Origin: Clostridia bacterium
Lineage (GTDB): Bacteria > Bacillota > Clostridia > Christensenellales > Aristaeellaceae
NCBI GenBank assembly: GCA_030526225.1
Contig: JAUNDF010000016.1
Span: 1-32,000, forward strand
Length of the DNA stretch: 32,000 nt
Reading direction: 5' to 3'
The first letter of the stretch is position 1. The number at the start of each line of letters is the position of its first letter. Shown one piece after another: positions 17,564-24,931 of this stretch. A program made the translations under genes and the position numbers. The notes under the pieces are model-generated. The model did not search any database, had not been told where the DNA came from, and saw nothing but the letters and a program-made list of their open reading frames with translations.

Positions 17564-18115
17564 TCAATAATTCACAACGGCGTTGGGCGTGGTGAAGGGC
17601 TGGTCCATGGTATTGGAGGACACGGTGCGGGCCACGGCGGCATCGAAGGTGAAGCCGTAGGGGGTCAGGGTCAGGCCCTGCATCTTCAGCAGCTCTGCGA
17701 TATCCTCCAGCAGCATGCACAGCCGCCGGGCACAGCGGCCCATCTCATCCCCGAAGGGTGCCTTGGTCAGGTGGGCGATATCGTCGCAGAAAATCAGCGG
17801 ATAGCCGTCCAGCCCGATTTGGGAACGGAAGCGGGTGACATACTGGGGCGGCAATGTCATCTGCTGGGGCACACTGCCAAGCCAGCGGTCGGCCAGCTTC
17901 AGCTCCTCCAGATAGCGCACCCGGAAGGAATCCGTCAGCTGGTACAAATCCTGCTTGATGACATGCTCGCGGCCGTTGAACAGGCTGAAATAAGCCCGCC
18001 CGTCTTCAAACACGGTCAGGGCAAAGCCGTTGTCATCCGGGTTTTCTCGCCATTCAGGGGTCAGGGGCTGATAGCGGTAATAAAATATGGTGCGGGGGTT
18101 TTGATTGTAAATCAT
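17564..18115 (-). CDS. hypothetical protein (183 aa), family not recognised
   Basis: Clean ORF with a GGGAGGGG RBS, host-like codon usage and its own terminator. Stop is TGA. Confidence 0.6.
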   Translation of the reverse strand: MIYNQNPRTIFYYRYQPLTPEWRENPDDNGFALTVFEDGRAYFSLFNGREHVIKQDLYQLTDSFRVRYLEELKLADRWLGSVPQQMTLPPQYVTRFRSQIGLDGYPLIFCDDIAHLTKAPFGDEMGRCARRLCMLLEDIAELLKMQGLTLTPYGFTFDAAVARTVSSNTMDQPFTTPNAVVNY

Positions 18116-18220
18116 CCCGATACCCCTCCCGTCATCATCGATATATGATTTATGATACTATCAAAACAAACAATCGTCAAGGGCATGGGCGAAATCATTC
18201 GGAAATCATGTGGATTTTGC

Positions 18221-18249
18221 TTGACATTGTGACCGTATCGTTATAAAAT
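18221..18249 (+). promoter_or_regulatory. candidate promoter of the PRT-like/NCS1 operon
   Basis: TTGACA (18221-18226), 17-nt spacer, TAAAAT (18244-18249). Confidence 0.5.
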
Positions 18250-18252
18250 TAT

Positions 18253-18392
18253 CAGCAGTACAGAAAAGAGAGGGGGAGACTGCTGCATGCTGCGCAAACA
18301 TACACGGCGGCAGAATAAAGCAGTTTCTTTCGCGACCCTTTTATGACAGCATATGACCGACCGCCCCTGTATGAGGCAGCCGGTCTTTTTTT
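18253..18392 (+). promoter_or_regulatory. structured 5' leader with intrinsic terminator (candidate attenuator or riboswitch, class unknown)
   Basis: The 5' hairpin is CAGCAGT (18253-18259) paired with ACTGCTG (18279-18285), with a purine-rich loop acagaaaAGAGAGGgggag. The terminator is GACCGACCGCC (18355-18365) paired with GGCAGCCGGTC (18375-18385), with 2 mismatches, plus T7 (18386-18392). It abuts the AGGAGG RBS. Confidence 0.5.
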
Positions 18393-18403
18393 AGGAGGCA
18401 TGC

Positions 18404-19501
18404 ATGATGGATTGGCAGAATGTGATGATTAGCCCCGAATTTTGCGATCAGGGCGTGGATTGCTACCGGCTGACCGGCGCGGATTTTATCAACCGCTACT
18501 ACATCGTATCCGAGGCGGAGACCCGCAAGCTGATGAACTTCCCCGAGGTGGTGGGCTATGAGGTATACACCTCCCTGATTAACGCCACCTCCCAGATGAT
18601 GTATCACCTCAAGGAGCAGGGGGAGATTACCAACGCCAACATCCTGTCCATCCTGCGGGGTGCGCTGAACTATCCCCTGGAGGAGAGCTGCTACCGGGAG
18701 CATATCCGGGTGCATGACATCAGCTTCCTGTCCAGCGAGCGCGTGTTTGATGACAAGGGCACCATGACGGGGCTTGAAATCAAGTACAGCAAGCTGGCGG
18801 TGGTCAACAACAGCACATTGCTCATCGGCGACATCATCGCCTCCGGCGAAACGCTGGTAAAGTGCCTGCAGTATGTGATTGATTATTACAAGGCCAAGAA
18901 CGCCCGGCTGCGGAACATCGTGTTCTTCACCATCGGTGCGCGCAAGGGCATTGATCTGCTGGAGAAGCTCACCGAGGACATCCGCAAAGAATGGCCGGAG
19001 TTTGAGGGCTTCATCACCGTGTTCTACGAGGGCATCTTCTCCTGCTATGAGGAGGGCAACAAGGGCGTATCCGGCATCAACCGCGCCAATGTGGACTTCT
19101 ACTGGAAGGGCGGCATCGTGGCCCCTGCCTTCCGCCGCCAGACGCTGTCCATGCAGAACCCCCTGTTTGAAAAGTGCACCATCTATGACGGCGGTGCACG
19201 GCGCTATGAAATCCACGAGCATATTAATGAGGTGCTGGAGTTCTGGATGGGCATTGCCGAGCGCAGCCATCAAATCGACAAAAATGCATTGCTGGAGGAA
19301 AAGCTGGGCCATCCCGCGGATATCTCCTATGAGGACTGGCTGAAGGACTGCCACTACGGTCTGCTGGACCCCCGGAAGACCCGCTGGCTGTACCAGCAGG
19401 AGCGCGGCTTTGTGGCCAGCCTGCAGGATGTATCCCTGGAGGAAATCGCCCGCCAGCGCATCAACGAATTCAAAAACACCCTGCGCAAGTACATTGTGTA
19501 A
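18404..19501 (+). CDS. uracil-PRTase-like phosphoribosyltransferase with a long C-terminal extension
   Basis: ILSILRGAL (compare UPRT ILRAGL) and the PRPP-binding loop TLLIGDIIASGETL fall within the first roughly 200 aa. The last roughly 160 aa have no counterpart in the canonical UPRT of about 210 aa. AGGAGG RBS. Stop is TAA. Confidence 0.6.
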   Translation: MMDWQNVMISPEFCDQGVDCYRLTGADFINRYYIVSEAETRKLMNFPEVVGYEVYTSLINATSQMMYHLKEQGEITNANILSILRGALNYPLEESCYREHIRVHDISFLSSERVFDDKGTMTGLEIKYSKLAVVNNSTLLIGDIIASGETLVKCLQYVIDYYKAKNARLRNIVFFTIGARKGIDLLEKLTEDIRKEWPEFEGFITVFYEGIFSCYEEGNKGVSGINRANVDFYWKGGIVAPAFRRQTLSMQNPLFEKCTIYDGGARRYEIHEHINEVLEFWMGIAERSHQIDKNALLEEKLGHPADISYEDWLKDCHYGLLDPRKTRWLYQQERGFVASLQDVSLEEIARQRINEFKNTLRKYIV

Positions 19502-19568
19502 GGCTTGAGCAAACGCGAGTGCAAAACAATTCTCTGAATCAAAAACAGAAAAGGACAGGTGATTCCCG

Positions 19569-20819
19569 ATGGAAAAGCAAACAACCGTCACCGCGGACAT
19601 TGACTTTGCGGAGGCCGCGGTCCCGCAGTCAAGCCGGCGCAGCGTACTGACCATGTTCATGATTATGCTGGGCTTTACCTTCTTCTCCGCCAGCATGTGG
19701 ACCGGCCAGCAGCTGGCTGATAGCCTTGACTTCGGCGGCTTTGTGAAGGCGCTGCTGCTGGGCGGCCTGATTCTGGGCGCATACACCGGCGCCCTGGGCT
19801 ATGTGGGCGCCCGCACCGGCATGAGCCTTGATCTGCTGTCCCGCAAGGCATTCGGCAGCAAGGGCTCCTATCTGCCCTCTGCCATGATCAGCTTTACGCA
19901 GATTGGCTGGTTCGGCGTTGGTCTGGCCATGTTCGCCATCCCCATTGCCGATGAACTGCTGGGCGGCAACCCCGTGGCCAAGTGGGGCCTGATTATCATA
20001 GCCGGTGTGCTGATGACCGCCTCCGCCTACTTCGGCATCAAATCCCTGACCATCATCAGTTATATCGCCGTGCCCTGTGTGGCCATTCTGGGCGTGGTGG
20101 CTGTGGTGCTGGCTGTGCAGCGCGGTGACGGCACCTTTTTGGAAAACTTCTCCCGTGCCAGCGGCGGTCTGACGGTCATCGGCGGTGCCGGTCTGGTTGT
20201 GGGCTCCTTCGTATCCGGCGGCACGGCAACCCCCAACTTTACCCGCTTTGCCAAGAACGGTGCCGTGGGTGCCATCACCACCGTGGTGGCCTTCTTCATT
20301 GGTAACTCCCTGATGTTCCTGTTCGGCGCCATTGCCTCCATCTATGTACCCGAAGGCGCCCGCAATGACATCTTTGAGGTGATGATTCGTCTGGGCATGT
20401 TCGTCCCCGCCATCATCGTGCTGGGCCTGAACATCTGGACCACCAATGACAACGCCTTGTATTCCGCAGGCCTTGGTCTGGCCAACATCTTCTCCCAGAA
20501 GAAAAAGCCCATGGTGCTGATTTCCGGCATCATCGGCACAGCACTGGCCGACTGGCTGTACTGGAACTTCTGCGGCTGGCTGAACATCCTCAACTGCACC
20601 CTGCCGCCCGTGGGCATCATTCTGGTGCTGGGCTACTTCCTCAACAAAAAGGATTACGACACCGTGAAGACCGCCCGCACGGTCAACTGGTTTGCCGTCA
20701 TCGGTGTGGTGCTGGGCGCTGTGGTGGCCAATGTGGTCGCCTGGGGCATCCCCTCCATCAACGGCATGGCGGTGGCCGCCGTGTGCTACCTCATCGGCTA
20801 CGCAGCGGAAAAGAAGTAA
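19569..20819 (+). CDS. NCS1-family nucleobase (cytosine/purine/uracil/thiamine-precursor type) permease
   Basis: 416 aa with about 12 predicted TM segments, a CodB/CytX-like profile, and position directly downstream of the PRT-like gene. The exact start codon is uncertain. Stop is TAA. Confidence 0.75.
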   Translation: MEKQTTVTADIDFAEAAVPQSSRRSVLTMFMIMLGFTFFSASMWTGQQLADSLDFGGFVKALLLGGLILGAYTGALGYVGARTGMSLDLLSRKAFGSKGSYLPSAMISFTQIGWFGVGLAMFAIPIADELLGGNPVAKWGLIIIAGVLMTASAYFGIKSLTIISYIAVPCVAILGVVAVVLAVQRGDGTFLENFSRASGGLTVIGGAGLVVGSFVSGGTATPNFTRFAKNGAVGAITTVVAFFIGNSLMFLFGAIASIYVPEGARNDIFEVMIRLGMFVPAIIVLGLNIWTTNDNALYSAGLGLANIFSQKKKPMVLISGIIGTALADWLYWNFCGWLNILNCTLPPVGIILVLGYFLNKKDYDTVKTARTVNWFAVIGVVLGAVVANVVAWGIPSINGMAVAAVCYLIGYAAEKK

Positions 20820-20828
20820 TATGAATAA

Positions 20829-20868
20829 ATCCGCAGACAACGATTGTGCTGTCTGCGGATTATTTTTT
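20829..20868. terminator. bidirectional terminator between the NCS1 gene and recO
   Basis: ATCCGCAGAC (20829-20838) pairs with GTCTGCGGAT (20851-20860), flanked by AAA and TATTTTTT. Confidence 0.75.
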
Positions 20869-21595
20869 ATTCCTTCGGGAGCATTTCACTGCCCTTGATG
20901 GGTCTGCCCACGTTCTGCTGTACGTAATCCTTCAGCAGGGTGAAGGGGGCGTATTGCTCCGGGGTGTTGACCCAGCCGGAGGCAGGGGAGGTGAGGGCAT
21001 GGCGCATCCATTTGGCCTGCTCTGCCGCCAGGGGAACGCTGCCGGGTCGGCGGCAGGCTTTGCAGGCAAGGCCGCCCTCCTGCAAATCAAAGGAGACGGG
21101 CTCGTCCTCCGTCAGGCGTTTGCCGCAGGAAACGCAGTGGTTCAGCCGGGGCTTGAAGCCCTCGATGGCGGCAAAGTTGAGCAGGAACCCGGCCAGCAGG
21201 GGCTTCCATTCCTGGGGGGAAAAGGTCAGGCGGCTGAGGGTGTGCAGCAGCAGCATAAACAGCTGCTGGGCCGGTTCGCCGGGCTGAATCACCGCCTCAC
21301 AGCAGCCGAGCAGATACACCCCGCAGGTCAGGCGGTCATAATCACTGCGCAGGGGATAAAAGGTCTCGATGGGGTGGGCGGCGGTCAGGGTCAGGCGGCC
21401 GGATTTTTCATACACCTCAAAATCCGCCAGGGCAAACAGGTCGCTGACGCTCAAAAGCGGCGACTTGGGTCTGCGGCATCCACGGGCCAGCACCTCCATG
21501 CGCCCGCGGGTGGGGCTGAGGAGTGTCAGCATGCGGTCGTTGTCCCGGTAGTTGGCATAGCGCAGCACAATGGCGGTTTGCTCGGTTTGCTGCAT
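20867..21595 (-). CDS. recO: DNA repair protein RecO
   Basis: Start at ATG 21595 (MQQTEQTAIVLRYANYRDNDRMLTLLS), with GGGAGG upstream. N-terminal OB fold, then a zinc-finger-like CVSCGK...CKAC. 242 aa. The ORF-track 5' extension overlaps tcdA. Stop is TAA. Confidence 0.88.
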   Translation of the reverse strand: MQQTEQTAIVLRYANYRDNDRMLTLLSPTRGRMEVLARGCRRPKSPLLSVSDLFALADFEVYEKSGRLTLTAAHPIETFYPLRSDYDRLTCGVYLLGCCEAVIQPGEPAQQLFMLLLHTLSRLTFSPQEWKPLLAGFLLNFAAIEGFKPRLNHCVSCGKRLTEDEPVSFDLQEGGLACKACRRPGSVPLAAEQAKWMRHALTSPASGWVNTPEQYAPFTLLKDYVQQNVGRPIKGSEMLPKE

Positions 21596-21600
21596 GGCAA

Positions 21601-22332
21601 TCAACCTCCCGTGATGGTCTTCACCACATCCGAGGCGATGATCAGCCCCATGACCGAGGGCACGAAGGAGGTGCTTCCGGGGATGCCCCGGCGCTTGGCG
21701 CGCTCCTCCTCGGTCAGGCAGCGGAGGATGTCCTCCTCTGCGGCGCGGACAGCCGGCTCGGTGGAATACGCCACCCGCAGATGCTTCACGCCCCGCTTGC
21801 GAAGCTCTGTGCGCATCACCTTGGCAAGGGGACAGATCTCCGTCTTGTAGATGTCCGTCAGCACGATTTTCGTCGGGTCCAGCTTGTTGCCGGCACCCAT
21901 GGCGCTGATGAGCGGCACGCCCAGCGCTTCGCACCGCACAGCCAGATTGATTTTGGCCGATACGGTGTCAATGGCATCCACCACAAAATCATACCGGGAC
22001 AGGTCCACGGAATCGGCGTTTTCGGGCAGATAGAACATCTCATGGGGGATGATGTTCGCTTCGGGGTTGATATCCAGCAGGCGGTCACGCATCACCTGCA
22101 CCTTGCTTTGCCCAAGGGTGGAGTGCAGGGCGATAATCTGCCGGTTCAGGTTGGTCAGGGAAACGGTGTCGTTGTCAAACAAATCCATGCTGCCGACACC
22201 TGCGCGGATGAGTGCCTCGGCGGTAAAGCCGCCCACACCGCCCACGCCGAACACGGCCACGCGGGCCTTGTACAGCCTGTCCATGGCGGCTTCGCCCAGC
22301 AGAAGCTCGGTTCTGGAAAACTGATGAATCAT
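21601..22332 (-). CDS. tcdA: tRNA threonylcarbamoyladenosine dehydratase (ThiF/E1-like, TcdA/CsdL type)
   Basis: FSRTELLLG, Rossmann motif VFGVGGVGG, SNLNRQ-like TNLNRQ, and a length of 243 aa typical of TcdA. Stop is TGA. Confidence 0.8.
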   Translation of the reverse strand: MIHQFSRTELLLGEAAMDRLYKARVAVFGVGGVGGFTAEALIRAGVGSMDLFDNDTVSLTNLNRQIIALHSTLGQSKVQVMRDRLLDINPEANIIPHEMFYLPENADSVDLSRYDFVVDAIDTVSAKINLAVRCEALGVPLISAMGAGNKLDPTKIVLTDIYKTEICPLAKVMRTELRKRGVKHLRVAYSTEPAVRAAEEDILRCLTEEERAKRRGIPGSTSFVPSVMGLIIASDVVKTITGG

Positions 22333-22341
22333 GTGTATCCC

Positions 22342-22845
22342 TCAATCCAATGTTTTCTTGTAGTAAATGCGGTCGCGGCCGTCATAGGCGGGCTTGATGC
22401 ACACCCGCTTGTACCCGGCCTTTTCCACGGCGGCATAGCTGGGCACGTTCTCGGGGTCCACGGTGCAGTACAGGGCGGTGCAGCCGTTTTGGCGGGCAAC
22501 CTCATCCCAGTGGCGCAGGAAGAAGGACTGAATGCCACGGCGGCGGTAGTCGGGGCCTACCATCACATCACGGTAATCCAGCGTATGGGCAGGGTCTTCG
22601 CCCAGCTTGGCGGCATAGCTGATGTCCGGGGCCTGTTCGCCGAAGCTGGCTAAGGCAAAGGCGGCCAGGGTATCGCCGTCAAAGGCGCCGATGGACAGAT
22701 GATTTTCGATATCATGGCGGAATTCATCCTCCGTACTGCCGAAGTACCAGCGGGGGTTGGGCAGGTGGGCAAAGATGCATGTCTGCATGGCCATCACGGC
22801 GGGCAGGTCGGCTGTGGTCAGGGGACGGAAGGTCAGGCTGTTCAT
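22342..22845 (-). CDS. GNAT-family N-acetyltransferase
   Basis: Start at ATG 22845 (MNSLTFRPLTTADL). Acetyl-CoA motif VGPDYRRRGIQSFFL. 167 aa. Stop is TGA, 10 nt before the tcdA start. Confidence 0.8.
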   Translation of the reverse strand: MNSLTFRPLTTADLPAVMAMQTCIFAHLPNPRWYFGSTEDEFRHDIENHLSIGAFDGDTLAAFALASFGEQAPDISYAAKLGEDPAHTLDYRDVMVGPDYRRRGIQSFFLRHWDEVARQNGCTALYCTVDPENVPSYAAVEKAGYKRVCIKPAYDGRDRIYYKKTLD

Positions 22846-22878
22846 GGCAAAACACCTCGTGTTCGTTGAATTTGTTTC

Positions 22879-22908
22879 TTGACAACCCGTGCGGGGAACA
22901 GGTACAAT
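22879..22908 (+). promoter_or_regulatory. candidate promoter of the HAD hydrolase gene
   Basis: TTGACA (22879-22884), 18-nt spacer, TACAAT (22903-22908). Confidence 0.5.
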
Positions 22909-22937
22909 CCTGATTACATCATCACCGGGGAGGAATA

Positions 22938-23579
22938 ATGAAGATGACCACCGTATTGTGGGACTGGAACGGAACACTGCTGGAGGATACGGAGCTGTCC
23001 GTATCACTGCTGAACGATTCGCTGGTGCAGTATGGCTATCCCACCGTCACGGTGGAGGAATACCGGAAGGTTTTCGGCTTTCCCATCCGGAAATATTATG
23101 AAGCGTTGGGCGTGACCGATGAGGACTTTGACCCCATGGCGGTCATGTGGGCTGACGGCTACGCCGAGGGCTGGCATGACTGTGAACTGCAGCATCAGGC
23201 GGCGGAAACGGTCCGGCGCTTCCGGGAGGCGGGGCTGAAGCAGGTCATCATCAGCGCCTCCAAGCTGGAGGTGCTGAAGGCGCAGGTGGCGGCCTATCCC
23301 GCGCTGGACGGCATGTTTGACGACATCCTCGGGCTCAACGACATCTACGCTCACAGCAAGGTGCAGCTGGGGCTGGACTATCTGCACCAGTCCGGCATCG
23401 ACCCGAAGGACTGTGTGTTCCTTGGGGACACCACCCATGATGCCGAGGTGGCTGCGGCCATCGGCTGCCGGTGCATCCTCGTTTCCGGCGGTCATCAGGC
23501 GGATGAGGTGCTGCGCTCCGCCGGGGTGGAGGTTGCATCCAGCCTGCGCCATGCCGCAGAAATGATGGGGATTGCATAA
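22938..23579 (+). CDS. HAD-superfamily hydrolase (phosphoglycolate-phosphatase-like subfamily IA)
   Basis: Motif I VLWDWNGTL (DxN instead of DxD), motif II IISAS, motif III Lys, motif IV FLGDTTHD. GGAGGA RBS. Stop is TAA. Confidence 0.8.
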   Translation: MKMTTVLWDWNGTLLEDTELSVSLLNDSLVQYGYPTVTVEEYRKVFGFPIRKYYEALGVTDEDFDPMAVMWADGYAEGWHDCELQHQAAETVRRFREAGLKQVIISASKLEVLKAQVAAYPALDGMFDDILGLNDIYAHSKVQLGLDYLHQSGIDPKDCVFLGDTTHDAEVAAAIGCRCILVSGGHQADEVLRSAGVEVASSLRHAAEMMGIA

Positions 23580-23623
23580 AGCCTCCGGATGAAAACCGAT
23601 TGTATTGCTGCGTGTACTCCTTC

Positions 23624-23688
23624 CGTCGGCTTCGCCGATAGCTCCCTCCCCGAGGGAGCTGTCAGCTTTAGCTGACTGAGGGAGTTTT
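23624..23688. repeat. cluster of adjacent palindromes, probably a bidirectional terminator or REP-like element
   Basis: TCGGC-ttc-GCCGA, then AGCTCCCTC-ccc-GAGGGAGCT (23640-23660), then GTCAGC-ttta-GCTGAC (23661-23676), then GAGGGAG TTTT. Confidence 0.5.
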
Positions 23689-23854
23689 ATTTCTGATGAC
23701 GGCTGCGCCAGCACTTGAGCGCCCATTCGGCCAGGGCCACGGCGATGACGTAGAGGGGAATCATCAGGTAGGGGTTCATGTTTTTGCCGCCGAAAACCAG
23801 CATCTGCAGGGCAAAGGCAATGCCCACAAACAGCAGGGTGAAAACAATGCGCAT
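23687..23854 (-). CDS. small hydrophobic protein (55 aa, two predicted TM helices), absent from the ORF track
   Basis: My own translation is MRIVFTLLFVGIAFALQMLVFGGKNMNPYLMIPLYVIAVALAEWALKCWRSRHQK. GAAGGAAG lies upstream of ATG 23854. Stop is TAA at 23687-23689, followed by hairpins. Confidence 0.5.
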   Translation of the reverse strand: MRIVFTLLFVGIAFALQMLVFGGKNMNPYLMIPLYVIAVALAEWALKCWRSRHQK

Positions 23855-23908
23855 AGGCTTCTTCCTTCTTTATTAATCATATTCAGCGTGCGGCGAAACG
23901 GCAGGGAA

Positions 23909-24799
23909 TCAGGCCTGCGTCTGTTCGGCCAGCTGCCGCAGGAGATCGATGATTTCGTGCATCACCGGGGTCAGGTAGTGGCTTTTGCGCCACACGATAT
24001 ACGTATCCCGCACAAAGCCGGGCGCATCAATGGGCCGGGTGGCTACCATGCCCTGCGCGGCCTCCACACTCACCACGCGCTCCGGCAGAATGGAAGCACC
24101 CGCCTGCCGGGCCACGGCATGGATGATGTAATGCACGCTGGTGCTTTCCACCAGCGGGGTGATGTCAACCCCGGCCAGCGCCAGGGCATCATCCACAATC
24201 ATCCGGTTGGCAGAGCCGGGCTCCCGGGCAAAAAAGGGCATGGCGGTCAGGTCCTGCAGGGAGACCTGCTCCTTTTCCGTCAGGGGATGCTTGGGCGGCA
24301 GCACGGCCACGAACCGGTCACTGCCCAGATGGCGGCAGGAGAACAGCTCATGCTCCGGCGCGCTGCCCATGAGAGCGATGTCCAGCTCGTTGTCCATCAG
24401 CATTCTGTTCAGCTGATTGGAGGGCGCAACCCGCGCCAGAATGTTCATCTCGGGATAGCGGGCCTTCAGCTGGGCGATGAGGGAGGGCAGCACCTGCTCG
24501 CTGTTGGAGTAGTTGGTGCCGATGACCAGCCGGTGGTGGTCATTCCAGCGGTGCATGTCCCGCTATAGCAGGTCAAATTCCGAAACAAGCCGCGCGGCGC
24601 GCTCGGAGAAGATGTGCCCGCATTCGGTCAGCTTCAGCCGCTGATTATCCCGCTCGAACAGGCGCAGGTGGTAATAATCCTCCATCTCCCGGATGGCCCG
24701 GGATACGGCAGGCTGGGTCATGTGCAGCGCTTCGGCCGCCCGGGTGGCACTGCCCTGGCGGCATACCTCGGTGAATATCCGCAAATGCTTGATGGTCAT
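23909..24799 (-). CDS. LysR-family transcriptional regulator with one in-frame TAG (a pseudogene under standard code 11)
   Basis: ORF 24563..24811 carries the HTH MTIKHLRIFTEVCRQGSATRAAEALHMTQPAVSRAIREME. ORF 23909..24556 is the LysR substrate-binding domain. Both are in the same frame, joined as ...SEFDLL-TAG-RDMHRWNDHHRLVIGTNYS... ATG at 24799 with a GAGGAAG RBS. Final stop is TGA. Confidence 0.85.
24563..24565 (-). other. in-frame TAG codon inside the LysR-family gene
   Basis: Plus strand reads cta. The codon lies in the linker between the HTH and the effector domain, and the frame is preserved on both sides. Confidence 0.95.
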
Positions 24800-24871
24800 G
24801 GGCTTCCTCACAGGTTATACCAGATTTGTTATGAACAAGTCTATTATAGCATTTTACAGACAGGATATCAA

Positions 24872-24889
24872 TTGTTAATATAATAACAA
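24872..24889. promoter_or_regulatory. candidate LysR-type dyad in the divergent intergenic region
   Basis: TTGTTA-atataa-TAACAA is a perfect 6-6-6 inverted repeat. It lies between the LysR gene and the flavoprotein gene. Confidence 0.35.
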
Positions 24890-24931
24890 CAACTTCGTTG
24901 TGAATTCATAAAAATGTGAGGTATGTTTGTT

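Noticed and set aside
18253-18392. Assignment of the leader to a known riboswitch class (purine, TPP, ZTP, preQ1, fluoride).
   Set aside because: I could not find the conserved cores by eye, for example CUGAGA/ACCUGA for TPP or the purine three-way junction loops. It is left as an unclassified attenuator.
20867-21934. 355-aa version of recO.
   Set aside because: The first roughly 113 codons overlap tcdA in another frame and are Arg/Gly/His-rich noise. RecO homology and the RBS start at ATG 21595.
7158-24565. Pyrrolysine as the explanation for the in-frame TAGs.
   Set aside because: None of the three genes is a methylamine methyltransferase or another known Pyl protein. No pyl genes or PYLIS-like context are visible here. 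This cannot be fully excluded without the whole genome, so it is folded into the general reassignment hypothesis rather than claimed.
7158-24565. Sequencing or assembly error as the explanation for the in-frame TAGs.
   Set aside because: Typical errors are homopolymer indels that shift the frame. Here there are three clean substitutions, all to the same stop codon, with the frame preserved. Error is still testable with read pileups, so it is listed as a refutation route rather than adopted.
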